A stretch of DNA of 54,255 bases from NCBI GenBank assembly GCA_963633515.1, contig CAVGZQ010000001.1:1-54255 (forward strand), read 5' to 3'. A program made the translations under genes and the position numbers. Below, in pieces: positions 8,945 through 17,391 of the stretch. Positions within the stretch are counted from its first letter, which is position 1. Each line of letters opens with the position of its first letter. This stretch comes from Bacteroidaceae bacterium (lineage in GTDB: Bacteria; Myxococcota_A; Bradymonadia; UBA4248). The notes beneath the pieces are model-generated. The model was not told the origin of the DNA. It did not search any database and was given only the letters and a program-made list of their open reading frames with translations.

Positions 8945-11900
8945 ATGCGTTTCGTTTGCGATAAATGCCACACATCTCTGAGTTACCCCGATGAAAAGAT
9001 TACCAAGAATAAAATCCGTTATACATGCATAAAATGCGGAAATGTCGGTGAGTTTTCGGTGAATTCAAAGTCTGAGTCCAAAGATGCTGCAGAAAGTTCG
9101 GGCTTATCGAACCTGAACAAATGGCATGCGACGACGCTGAACACGCCGCGGCGATCGTCGGGCGTGTCCGCCTGGTACTATTCGTACGACGGGACGAGCC
9201 GCGGGCCGTACTCCGAAGAGGCGCTTTGCGCGCTGTTTCAGGGAGAATTGGCCGATATCGGCAATAATTGCCATGTTTGGTGCCGGGCGCTTGAGAACTG
9301 GAAACCTGCGGCGGAGGTCGAGCCGTTTGCGTCGGCGCTGATCATGCCGCCGCCGCCGCCCGCGCCCGTTGTGCGCGTATCCGACGAAAATTTGCCGCCG
9401 CTTTTCGGCGGAAAATCGGGCTTGCGTTCGGCATCCTCTTCGCCGAATGCGGCGCGCGCGTCGTCGCCCGATTTGGCAAGCCTCAAACAGCGCCTCAAAA
9501 CCGAAACGCACTTGTCGCAAGAAGCGCCGACGCATCAAGCCATGCCGGCGCTTGAGTCGCTTGTCAGGGCCGAAAGCGAAATCGCGTCGGAAGACTCCGA
9601 CGGCGAAACGACGAAGGTCGGCGCGGTTTCGCCATTTTTCGCGTTCCGAAACGCCGACGAATCGCCGTCCGGCGGCATCGGCGGGCAAGCGGCGGGCAAC
9701 GAAGACATTTTCAGCATACTCGACAAAGAAACGCGCGCCGCCGCATCGCGGTCTCGCGCCGCCAAAACCGACGCCGAAACCGATAAAAAGGCGCATAAAT
9801 CGCTGCCCAACATCTTGGGCGCGGCGAAATCGGCGGCGCCGATGCCGCTGTTTTCGGCGTCAAAATCGAGCTCAAGTCCCGGCGCGCCGTTCAAGGCGAG
9901 CGCATCATCGCCGAAAACCGGAGCCGCTTTCGGCGGAAACGAGAAGCCGGCGCCGGGCATTGCTTCGATTTTCGGCAATTCCGGCAATGCGTCGCATCTT
10001 TCGCCGCTTTCTTCGCATCTCGGGCGGAGCAATCCCGGCGAATCTTCGCTCCCGGGCGCACGCGCGCGCGATGCGTCCGAATCGCCGCGGTTTTCGGCGC
10101 TCAGACATGCCGCCGATGAAGCCGCTTCGAAATCTGCTCGCGTTTTGCCCGCCGTCGGCGCGGACGGCGACGCAGAGCGTGCCAAAGAACAATACGCCGA
10201 TTTTAAGGAGGATTTGGGCGATATCCTGAACGCCGGCCGGCAGCCGGACGCCGATCGGCTCGGCGTCAATGCCGAAACCGACGGCAGCATGAGCGATTGG
10301 CTTTCGTCCAAAACAAATCTTCCGTCTTTTGTCGAACGTTCCGAGTCGGAAATGTCGCTTGCCGCCATTTCATTCGACGATAACGGTTCTTTGACGGATA
10401 TTGCGCAAGAATCGCGGGGTGATGCCGAATCGGATGCGCATCTCGGCAATAAATCCCCCGCCGAAGCTGCGTTGCCCGCAGACGCCGATCGGGCGCAATC
10501 GATGTCCGAGTTCGCCGGCGGCCTCAAATCGCAGCCGCCCGAAGCCGATGCGCTTGCGTCGGGCGATGTGCCCGATGTTGCGCTCGACGAATCGTCCGAT
10601 TCAAGCGCGGTTTCGAGCATTCCCGATATTTCGCTCGACGCGTCCGGCGATGCGTCGGGCATTTCCGATATTTCGCTCGACGCGTCCGGCGATGCGTCGG
10701 GCATTCCCGATATTTCGCTCGACGCGTCCGGCGATGCGTCGGGCATTCCCGGCGTCACCGACGATTTGCGCAATCCGCTCGGCGAAGCCGCCGAAAGCGG
10801 CGCCGACAAAAACGCATCATCTGCGGCGGTTGGCGGCGAAGCCTCGAATTCCGCTTCGGGGTTTGGCGAAATAAACGAATCTGATGCGTCGTTTTCCGAG
10901 CTCGAAGCATTTTCGCTCGACGATTCGAACAGCCGAAGCAATTTGCCGATCGGCAAAAAGCGTGCGTCCGAAGACGCAGACGATGCGCCGGCGCCGGAAG
11001 GCGGCGCCGGGATTTCGGAAGGTGCCGACATCGTCGCCGGCGATGCCGGATGCGCCGCGCGCGTTTTGCGCGGCAAAGCCGCCGAACGGCGCACAGCGCT
11101 CCTGAATGAAATTCTGGCAGAAGAGCCGGAGGACGAAGCGCATAATATTTCCGAAGAGTCTCAGCTCATCAATCTTCGGCATTACGAAGAAATGGCGCGG
11201 CTCGACAAGCGCAAAAACAACAAACGCATTGCCGCCGTCGCCGTGTTTGCCATCGTCGTCTGCGCCGCGATCGTTTTTGCGCAATTCGGCAAAGACAACG
11301 CCGAGGCGACGCATGCGCCGACGATTGTCGGGGCGTCCGATGCGTCGTTCGAAGCGGTTGCCGGCCGCGCCATCTCCGACGAAGATATCGATCGCATGAT
11401 TCCGGCCGACGATTTCGAAATCTACGATGCCCACGCCGAAGAAAACGCCGCCGGGCATCGGCGCGTCAGGGAGCAGCCCGAAGCGCGGCCGCAAACCGAA
11501 GCTGCCGCCGAGTCCGTCGGCGGCGCCGGAGTTCAGGCCGATCAAAACGAAGCTGCCGCCGCAACTATCTACGGCGCCGAAGCCCAAGCCGAACAAAACG
11601 GCGAAACGGCTCCCTTGCGAAAAGACGGCCGTGTCGGCGTCGAGCTCCAAAAACAGGAATTTGCGAAAACCGATGCGACAAACGGGGCGAAAGCCGCAAA
11701 AAGCGCGTCGCCCATGCAGGAACAGTTCAAACTCGGCTTGAGCGCCATTTCTCGGTCGGTTCAAGAGTGCCATCGCCGCGAAGCAAAAAACGGCGCGATG
11801 AACATCTCCAAAATCTACATCCGTTTCGACGTCGAACCGTCGGGCGCCGTCGATAAATTCGTCATCGAAAACGACGGCATCCCCGAAACGTTCTCAAAAT

Positions 11901-11986
11901 GCATCGACAGCAAGAAAAACCGATGGAAATTCATGCCGTTCGAAGGAAAAACCGTCTCTTTGCGCCAAGGGTTCGTTCTGAATTAG
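8945..11986 (+). CDS. Zinc-ribbon / GYF_2-like / long disordered / TM / AgmX-PglI-type C-terminal domain protein
   Basis: N-terminal CDKC...CIKC ribbon. WYYSYDGTSRGPYSEEAL...WKPAAEVEPF is GYF_2-like. About 600 aa of low complexity follow. TM segment IAAVAVFAIVVCAAIVFAQF. C-terminal ...QECHRRE...IYIRFDVEPSGAV...KCIDSKKNRWKFMPFEG resembles the AgmX/PglI C-terminal domain. Confidence 0.75.
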   Translation: MRFVCDKCHTSLSYPDEKITKNKIRYTCIKCGNVGEFSVNSKSESKDAAESSGLSNLNKWHATTLNTPRRSSGVSAWYYSYDGTSRGPYSEEALCALFQGELADIGNNCHVWCRALENWKPAAEVEPFASALIMPPPPPAPVVRVSDENLPPLFGGKSGLRSASSSPNAARASSPDLASLKQRLKTETHLSQEAPTHQAMPALESLVRAESEIASEDSDGETTKVGAVSPFFAFRNADESPSGGIGGQAAGNEDIFSILDKETRAAASRSRAAKTDAETDKKAHKSLPNILGAAKSAAPMPLFSASKSSSSPGAPFKASASSPKTGAAFGGNEKPAPGIASIFGNSGNASHLSPLSSHLGRSNPGESSLPGARARDASESPRFSALRHAADEAASKSARVLPAVGADGDAERAKEQYADFKEDLGDILNAGRQPDADRLGVNAETDGSMSDWLSSKTNLPSFVERSESEMSLAAISFDDNGSLTDIAQESRGDAESDAHLGNKSPAEAALPADADRAQSMSEFAGGLKSQPPEADALASGDVPDVALDESSDSSAVSSIPDISLDASGDASGISDISLDASGDASGIPDISLDASGDASGIPGVTDDLRNPLGEAAESGADKNASSAAVGGEASNSASGFGEINESDASFSELEAFSLDDSNSRSNLPIGKKRASEDADDAPAPEGGAGISEGADIVAGDAGCAARVLRGKAAERRTALLNEILAEEPEDEAHNISEESQLINLRHYEEMARLDKRKNNKRIAAVAVFAIVVCAAIVFAQFGKDNAEATHAPTIVGASDASFEAVAGRAISDEDIDRMIPADDFEIYDAHAEENAAGHRRVREQPEARPQTEAAAESVGGAGVQADQNEAAAATIYGAEAQAEQNGETAPLRKDGRVGVELQKQEFAKTDATNGAKAAKSASPMQEQFKLGLSAISRSVQECHRREAKNGAMNISKIYIRFDVEPSGAVDKFVIENDGIPETFSKCIDSKKNRWKFMPFEGKTVSLRQGFVLN
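10619..10750 (+). repeat. In-frame 42-bp tandem repeat (about 3.1 copies) inside CDS 8945..11986
   Basis: attcccgatatttcgctcgacgcgtccggcgatgcgtcgggc repeats at 10619, 10661 and 10703 and encodes I(P/S)DISLDASGDASG. Confidence 0.9.
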
Positions 11987-12176
11987 GAACGCGCAAGGCA
12001 GGGGCTTCGGGGCTGAATTCGCCCCCGGCGCGGGCACGGCGCGCCGCCTTGCGGGGATGCGCGGCGTTTCTTTTCGATCGGATCCGCAGCTTCGCGTTCA
12101 AACCGCAGCGGTTTTCGTTCGAATCCGACGTCTGACGGCTATCGGTCGGGCGCCGATGGTCTTTTCATCGTTTTAT

Positions 12177-12185
12177 TGGTATAAT
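12177..12185 (+). promoter_or_regulatory. Candidate extended -10 promoter element (TGgTATAAT)
   Basis: ttGGTATAATtc lies about 113 nt upstream of ATG 12298. The -35 is weak. Low confidence; motif only. Confidence 0.3.
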
Positions 12186-12297
12186 TCTTGGGTTGGGTAT
12201 CGATCGTCTGCGGCGCGCATATCCCGATAATTGCCGGCATGCGCAAAACGATTGACGGCGCGCGGCGCATCGGTTTTGTTTTTCACAGGAGGCAAAA

Positions 12298-12885
12298 ATG
12301 TTCCGTTTCCGTACATTCAGACAGTTGGCTTTTGCTGCGGGACTCGGGCTTGCAACGTTGATGGTTTCGTCTTTTGCGCCGGCCGAAGCTATGGCGCAAG
12401 ACACCGACAAAATCACCATGCAATTCGTCGGATTCGGCGCAAATCCCGATTTTTATGCCATCGTCCAAAGCAGCAAATTGGGCGGAAAATCGCTTGTCAT
12501 CTATCAAATCGGCGGTCAAGGCCCGAAACTCGTCTATCCGCTCGGCAAGACGTCGCTCGAAGCAGCGCTCCTGTCGAAAGAAGTCGCCGTTTTCGGCATC
12601 CATGCCAATTACGTTGCCGGCATGGCGGCGCCTGCCGGATACCGTCTCGGCGGCATGGTTATCGGCGAAACGCTTCAGCTCACGCTGTCGGCGGGCGACC
12701 AATCGATGACATTGGGATATGCTCCGATCTTTTCCGATCCGACAAAAACAAAAGTCGCGCAAATGAGCATCGTCAATGCATTTTGGACGCCCGACAGCAA
12801 ACGCGTCGTCATTATTTTGCATCAGACGCTCGACGGCGATTGGCCCGTCGATTCCGACGTCATAGCCGCCTACACGCTCGGATAA
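12298..12885 (+). CDS. Secreted hypothetical protein
   Basis: AGGAGG SD then ATG. MFRFRTFRQLAFAAGLGLATLMVSSFAPAEA-MAQD has a signal peptide with an AxA cleavage site. No family recognised. Confidence 0.7.
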   Translation: MFRFRTFRQLAFAAGLGLATLMVSSFAPAEAMAQDTDKITMQFVGFGANPDFYAIVQSSKLGGKSLVIYQIGGQGPKLVYPLGKTSLEAALLSKEVAVFGIHANYVAGMAAPAGYRLGGMVIGETLQLTLSAGDQSMTLGYAPIFSDPTKTKVAQMSIVNAFWTPDSKRVVIILHQTLDGDWPVDSDVIAAYTLG

Positions 12886-13138
12886 ATCAACCGCTTTGCG
12901 ATGATCGTTTTCGGCGCGCCGCATCGGGGCAATGCATCGGAGCCGCCTTGCGGGGCATCCTTTTTTCGATCGCGCCGCCGCTGCGCGCCGCCGGTTTGAT
13001 GCGATCGAAGGGGTGGATTATTCGTTTGCGCAACGTTTTTTTTCGTTATAAACTTACGCCCATGGCGTTTGGGCAGGAGCCCTTTTCATCAACGACGCTT
13101 CGCCGCGCGCGGCGAAGATTGTATTTGGAGTTGCAACG

Positions 13139-13510
13139 ATGGCATTTCAGACTGAATTTCAGTTTACGCTCCCGAAAGGTTATGTCGATAAAGACGGCAA
13201 TCTTCACCGCGAAGGCGTTATGCGCCTGGCGACGGCAAAAGACGAAATCGCGCCTTTGCAAGATTATCGCGTGCAGGCAAACCGCGCTTATCTCGTGATT
13301 ATTTTGCTCAGCCGCGTCATAACGAAATTGGGCACGCTTCGCATGATTACCCCCAACATCATCGAAGAATTGTTCAGCTCCGATTTGGCCTATCTCCAAG
13401 AGTTCTATCGCAAGATCAACGAAGAAGGCAGCGCCTCGATCAAAGTCACGTGCCCGGCATGCAAACATGAGTTCGAAGTCGACATGGGGACAGGCCTGGG
13501 GGGGTATTAA
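13139..13510 (+). CDS. Phage-tail/CIS tail assembly chaperone, P2 gpE / Mu gp41-like
   Basis: GGAG SD 8 nt before ATG. ...VMRLATAKDEIAP...ITPNIIEELFSSDLAYLQEFYRKI parallels my memory of the gpE-type pattern (LR.P...D....pe.ieeL...Dy..LQe.Y). The ORF ends 3 nt after a G7 run. Confidence 0.65.
   Translation: MAFQTEFQFTLPKGYVDKDGNLHREGVMRLATAKDEIAPLQDYRVQANRAYLVIILLSRVITKLGTLRMITPNIIEELFSSDLAYLQEFYRKINEEGSASIKVTCPACKHEFEVDMGTGLGGY
13498..13504 (+). promoter_or_regulatory. Candidate -1 programmed ribosomal frameshift slippery heptamer G GGG GGG
   Basis: Zero-frame codons are ctg ggg ggg tat taa. The heptamer 13498-13504 fits the X XXY YYZ form, and the -1 frame is open from 13471 to 13671. Confidence 0.45.
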
Positions 13511-13671
13511 GCTACCCCCTGGATAAGCTGTATCAGGAGGTAGCGTATATCGCTTACCACTTCCACTGGGCGATAGACGACATCCTCAATATGGAACACA
13601 AAGAGCGCCAAGTCTGGATTCGCGAAATCTCCGAGATTAACAAAGAAATCAACGAGAGCCGCGGCGGATAA
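13504..13671 (+). CDS. E'-like extension frame (no own ATG/GTG/TTG start), predicted to be read by -1 frameshift from 13139..13510
   Basis: The -1 frame translates VLSYPLDKLYQEVAYIAYHFHWAIDDILNMEHKERQVWIREISEINKEINESRGG*. The only in-frame ATG would leave 24 aa. The layout matches the P2 E/E+E' arrangement. Confidence 0.45.
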   Translation, partial: VLSYPLDKLYQEVAYIAYHFHWAIDDILNMEHKERQVWIREISEINKEINESRGG

Positions 13672-13729
13672 CGGCGCTTGTCTGTGTGTCCGGTGTTGCG
13701 GTTAAAAACATGCCAAAAACGAGGTCAAA

Positions 13730-15484
13730 ATGACAAAAGCAAGGCTTCCCGGCGTATACTTCGAAGATAATCCCCGCGTCGAACGCGGCGTTTCTTTGGG
13801 CGAAACAGGCGTTCCTGCCTTCCTCGGCGTCGCCGAAAAAGGACCGCTCAACGAGCCCGTCGTCATTCAAAGCGTCCAGCAGTTCTTGCGCTATTTTGGC
13901 CAACCCGTCAAAGGAAGCTATTTGCATGCAAGCATCTGGGGCTTCTTCATGAACGGCGGCACGCGTTGCCATGTCATCCGCATTGCGCATGTTTTCAGAA
14001 ACGGAAAATCCGAACTGGCGCGAAAAGCTCGCTATGAGTTGCTCGACCGTTCCGGATATCCCACGCTCGAAGTACTCGCATCCAGCGAAGGAAGTTGGGG
14101 AAACCGGCTCAGCATCGAAATTAACTACCCGGAAACCGCGCGCGTTCACAATTTCATCACGCTCGACATTCTCCCCGGATCCCGCATGATGACCATGCAG
14201 TCGACGCGCGGCATCGAGCGCGGGATGCTGCTCAGACTTTGCGACGGCGAAAATGATCGCTTCGTTACCGTCGAACGCGTCCGCGGGAACGAAGTTTATT
14301 GGAACGACGCCATCGATATTTCCATGCGTTCTGCGGCGCCGACTTATGTCGACTCCGTCGAATTCGACATGATTGTCAGAGACAAAAAACAGAATCGCGT
14401 CGAAAAATTCATCAATCTGTCGATGGGAAAATGGGCATCCCGAAACGTTGCCCGCGTCATCGGCCAAGAATCGGAACTCATCCGCATTTCCGTTTTGGGC
14501 GCCTGCGGTTACGATCAATATCCCGACAAAACCGAAGAAATTGCGTTGCGCGGCGGCCGCGACGGGCTCGACGGCATAACGCCCGACGACGTCATCGGCT
14601 ATAACAACGGTCCCGACGCGCGCTACGGCTTGGGCGCGCTCGAATCGAACGACGAAATCGACCTTGTCGCCATTCCCGATCTTCAGTTTTTTCTCGACAA
14701 TTGCGACGCTTTTCATAGCGTCCGCGACATGATCGGCATCCAAACCGCCATGATCGCGCATTGCGAAAAGATGGGCGATCGCTTCGCCATTCTCGATACG
14801 CCCCGCGATTTAAAACCCGAACAAGTCTTAGATTACCGAAGCAAATTCGAAACATCGTTCGCGGCATTGTATTATCCGTGGATTGTGATGATTAACGACG
14901 ACGGCGAACCCAAACCCGTGCCTCCCTCGGGTTTTATGGCCGGCATCTATGCGCGCTGCGACCGCGAAGAAGGCGTTTTCCGCGCTCCTGCCAACGTTCC
15001 CGTCGAGGGGCTCAACGCCGTCTATACCCTCATGCACGAAGGGCAATTTGCCGAGCTCAACGACAAAGGCATCAATTGCATCCGCTATGCCCCCCAGCGC
15101 GGCATCCGTCCGTGGGGCGCGCGCGCGCTCACCGGTTCCCCCGATTGGCGTTATCTCATGGCGCGGCGCGTCTTTAACGCCGTCCGGCGCGCCATCTACG
15201 AAAATACGCAGTGGGTCGTTTTCGAGGTTAACGGCAAAGAACTCCGCGACAGCGTCAAAACAATGCTCACCGATTTCTTGGGCAAACTGTGGGCCGCAGG
15301 CTACTTCCCCGGAAAAGTCCAAGACGATGCATTTTTCATTACGTGCGACGAAACGAACAACTCCGCCGAAGACGGCGAAATCGGCGTCATGACTATCGAT
15401 GTCGGCATTGCGCTGGGCAAGCCCATGGAGTACATCGTCATGAGTTTCGAACACAAACTCGAAGAACAGGCCGTCGGCGTCTGA
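13730..15484 (+). CDS. Contractile tail sheath protein (phage tail sheath / eCIS sheath family)
   Basis: GAGG SD. Motifs: N-terminal LPGVYFED...GVPAFLGVAEKGP...VQQFLRYFG...FFMNGG, then GGRDGLDGITPDDVIGY, AALYYPWIVM...PVPPSGFMAGIYARCDREEGVFRAPANV, INCIRY...RPWGARAL, WRYLMARRVFN and WVVFEVNG. These are classic sheath signatures. Confidence 0.9.
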   Translation: MTKARLPGVYFEDNPRVERGVSLGETGVPAFLGVAEKGPLNEPVVIQSVQQFLRYFGQPVKGSYLHASIWGFFMNGGTRCHVIRIAHVFRNGKSELARKARYELLDRSGYPTLEVLASSEGSWGNRLSIEINYPETARVHNFITLDILPGSRMMTMQSTRGIERGMLLRLCDGENDRFVTVERVRGNEVYWNDAIDISMRSAAPTYVDSVEFDMIVRDKKQNRVEKFINLSMGKWASRNVARVIGQESELIRISVLGACGYDQYPDKTEEIALRGGRDGLDGITPDDVIGYNNGPDARYGLGALESNDEIDLVAIPDLQFFLDNCDAFHSVRDMIGIQTAMIAHCEKMGDRFAILDTPRDLKPEQVLDYRSKFETSFAALYYPWIVMINDDGEPKPVPPSGFMAGIYARCDREEGVFRAPANVPVEGLNAVYTLMHEGQFAELNDKGINCIRYAPQRGIRPWGARALTGSPDWRYLMARRVFNAVRRAIYENTQWVVFEVNGKELRDSVKTMLTDFLGKLWAAGYFPGKVQDDAFFITCDETNNSAEDGEIGVMTIDVGIALGKPMEYIVMSFEHKLEEQAVGV

Positions 15485-15500
15485 CCGGTGGCGCCGTTGC

Positions 15501-15530
15501 AAGCTGCCTTTTTGAGGCAGCTTTTTTTTT
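15501..15530 (+). terminator. Rho-independent terminator after sheath gene
   Basis: aagctgcc-tttttga-ggcagctt followed by a T-run through 15530. Confidence 0.75.
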
Positions 15531-15540
15531 ATTTTTGCGG

Positions 15541-15958
15541 CTTCGCCTATTGCCGCAAGCGGCAATACGGCTTCGGGGCTTCGCCTATTGCCGCAAGCGG
15601 CAATACGGCTTCGGGGCTTGGCCTATTGCCGCAAACGGCAATACGGCTTCGCGGCTTCGCCTATTGCCGCAAGCGGCAATACGGCTTCGGGGCTTCGCCT
15701 ATTGCCGCAAGCGGCAATACGGCTTCGGGGCTTGGCCTATTGCCGCAAACGGCAATACGGCTTCGCGGCTTCGCCTATTGCCGCAAGCGGCAATACGGCT
15801 TCGGGGCTTCGCCTATTGCCGCAAGCGGCAATACGGCTTCGGGGCTTGGCCTATTGCCGCAAACGGCAATACGGCTTCGCGGCTTCGCCTATTGCCGCAA
15901 GCGGCAATACGGCTTCGGGGCTTCGCCTATTGCCGCAAGCGGCAATACGGCTTCGCGG
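15541..15958. repeat. Tandem array: 11 head-to-tail copies of a 38-bp hairpin unit with 114-bp A-A-B higher-order period
   Basis: Units start at 15541+38n. A = cttcgcctattgccgcaagcggcaatacggcttcgggg; B = cttggcctattgccgcaaacggcaatacggcttcgcgg. Each contains the palindrome TATTGCCGC-AA-GCGGCAATA. Confidence 0.95.
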
Positions 15959-16167
15959 CTGCGCTGTGCCTGCGGCATGCGCGCAGCGCAGGCAAGGCTT
16001 TTGCGCTTCGCGCCTGCGCCTTGCTCGCGCGCCTTCCGCCGGCGGCGGTGCGGCGCGCATTTTCCGTGCATAAGACCTCGGCGCGGTGCGCGGCCGACGG
16101 AATAAAGACAAATAAAAGCAAAAAAAAAACGAACATTTTTTTGAAAAATGCCAACTTATATAGGGAA

Positions 16168-16191
16168 GCATCGCTATGCGCATAGCGATGC
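16168..16191. repeat. Perfect 24-bp palindrome
   Basis: gcatcgctatgc|gcatagcgatgc lies just after an AT-rich stretch (16100-16165) and just before the degraded nuclease gene. Confidence 0.9.
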
Positions 16192-16217
16192 GCAACACCG
16201 GATGAGGACGGTTCCCG

Positions 16218-16845
16218 ATGCGTGACAATTCCATATTTGCGCGAGAAGAATTGGACGAAGCATATTCGCAAATGACGGTTTTTTCCGACGTTTCTTTCGC
16301 AGCATGTTTTTCAAATTATCTTGGACAAACCCGATATCTCCGTTTCCGAAGCCAAATTGCAAGAGCCCATCGGCAACGCATTCGTGCATTCGGTTCGATT
16401 CGATAGATTGGCAACCGATTCGGAAACGCGCTTTTATAATGCAGAGATCCAAAATGCGAACGACGGCAAATTGCTGAGCAGAGCCGATTATTGCGGTTCT
16501 GCGATAAGAATGAAAAATCTCGGAAAAAACGCCGATTATCGCCATGCTCCAAAGGTTTATGATATTTTTACCGTCAAAAATGGAAAATTTTGCAAAGAAC
16601 GACCCATTAATCGCATTTTGATGCGCGACGATTTGCAGGAAATCTATGAAGTCGGAACGCCTGTTTATTTTGTCAGCGGCAAGCTGAAGGATGCGTCGCC
16701 GTCGGGAATGCATAGGAACGATTTTTTCGTGCAATGCCGCATCGCAAATGCGCGATCCCGTTATTGCCGATCGCTTCAGAGAAGCCATTCGGGAGAGAAC
16801 GAAAATGGACGCCATTTAATTAAAACTGCAAAGTATTGCTCATGA
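16218..16845 (+). pseudogene. Degraded PD-(D/E)XK nuclease family (Rpn/YhgA-like, PDDEXK_2) gene
   Basis: Frame of 16321..16845 has ...VHSVRFDRLATDSETRFYNAEIQNANDGKLLSRADYCGSAIRMKNLGKNADYRHAPKVYDIFT (D...E.Q nuclease core plus R..Y.. pattern). The N-terminal part (MTVFSDVSFAACFSNYL) is in another frame, with a shift near the T-run at about 16306-16320. The C-terminal RDPVIADRFREAIRERTKMDAI is also out of frame. Confidence 0.45.
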
Positions 16846-17097
16846 ACGCGGACGTCCAAAAGGTCTTCAAGCCGGCATGGAAATAGGCATGAAAAAGGCT
16901 GTGCCGATACGCAGCGCGCCATCGTCCTTCGGATGCATGCCATGGGCATGGCCGAAAACGGCAGCGTTTGCATTTCGGGGCTTTCGGACGCAATCGTCTG
17001 CGGTCTTCTGAGCACGGTTCCCAAAGGCTTCCGAACGGAGACGCCGCAATTCGGGCGATCATCGGTCGCAATGCCGCGCGTTGCTGCGCGGCCGGTT

Positions 17098-17244
17098 GCG
17101 CGTATTGCGCTTAAGCGCAATAGCGCAACCCAAAAGCCGTATTTGCGTCTTCGACGCAAATAGGCGCCCGCGGAGGCGTATTTTGCCCAAAGGCAAAATA
17201 GCCGAAGCCGTTGCCGCATTGCGCCAAAGCGCAACAGGCAACGC
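17098..17244. repeat. REP/BIME-like cluster of 4 GC hairpins (GTAT...ATAG orientation)
   Basis: gcgcGTATtgcgc-ttaa-gcgcaATAGcgc; gccGTATttgcgtc-ttcg-acgcaaATAGgc; ggcGTATtttgcc-caaa-ggcaaaATAGcc; gccgttgccgcattgcgc-caaa-gcgcaacaggcaacgc. Confidence 0.8.
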
Positions 17245-17391
17245 TGTGCCGCTATAATCCGCGCTTAGATGCGCAGCGATAATCGCCTGTTTCAGCGCTG
17301 CGGCTCTGTTGGCATTTTGCGGCGAAATCGGGTAAGAATGGCGCGGCTTCGGTGCGTTTGGGGCATGTTTTTGTCGGATATGGAGCAGCAA

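Noticed and set aside
12298-12885. Possible DUF4255-type tail terminator/cap (right size, directly upstream of chaperone and sheath)
   Set aside because: It has an obvious Sec signal peptide with an AxA cleavage site and no resemblance to the cap-family pattern I recall. A secreted protein is unlikely to be a cytoplasmic tail-assembly component.
15541-15958. Possible CRISPR array (regular 38-bp palindromic repeats)
   Set aside because: The repeats are directly abutting with no unique spacers, and the period equals the repeat length. No cas genes are present. It is a tandem hairpin array, not CRISPR.
15289-16185. Track ORFs 15289..16185, 15488..16105, 15588..16073 and the minus-strand ORFs over the same region, which encode periodic peptides (…LPQAAIRLRGFAYCRKRQYGFGA…)
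   Set aside because: They are translations of the 38-bp/114-bp tandem repeat in all three frames. They follow a strong terminator and have no SD. The periodicity is a DNA property.
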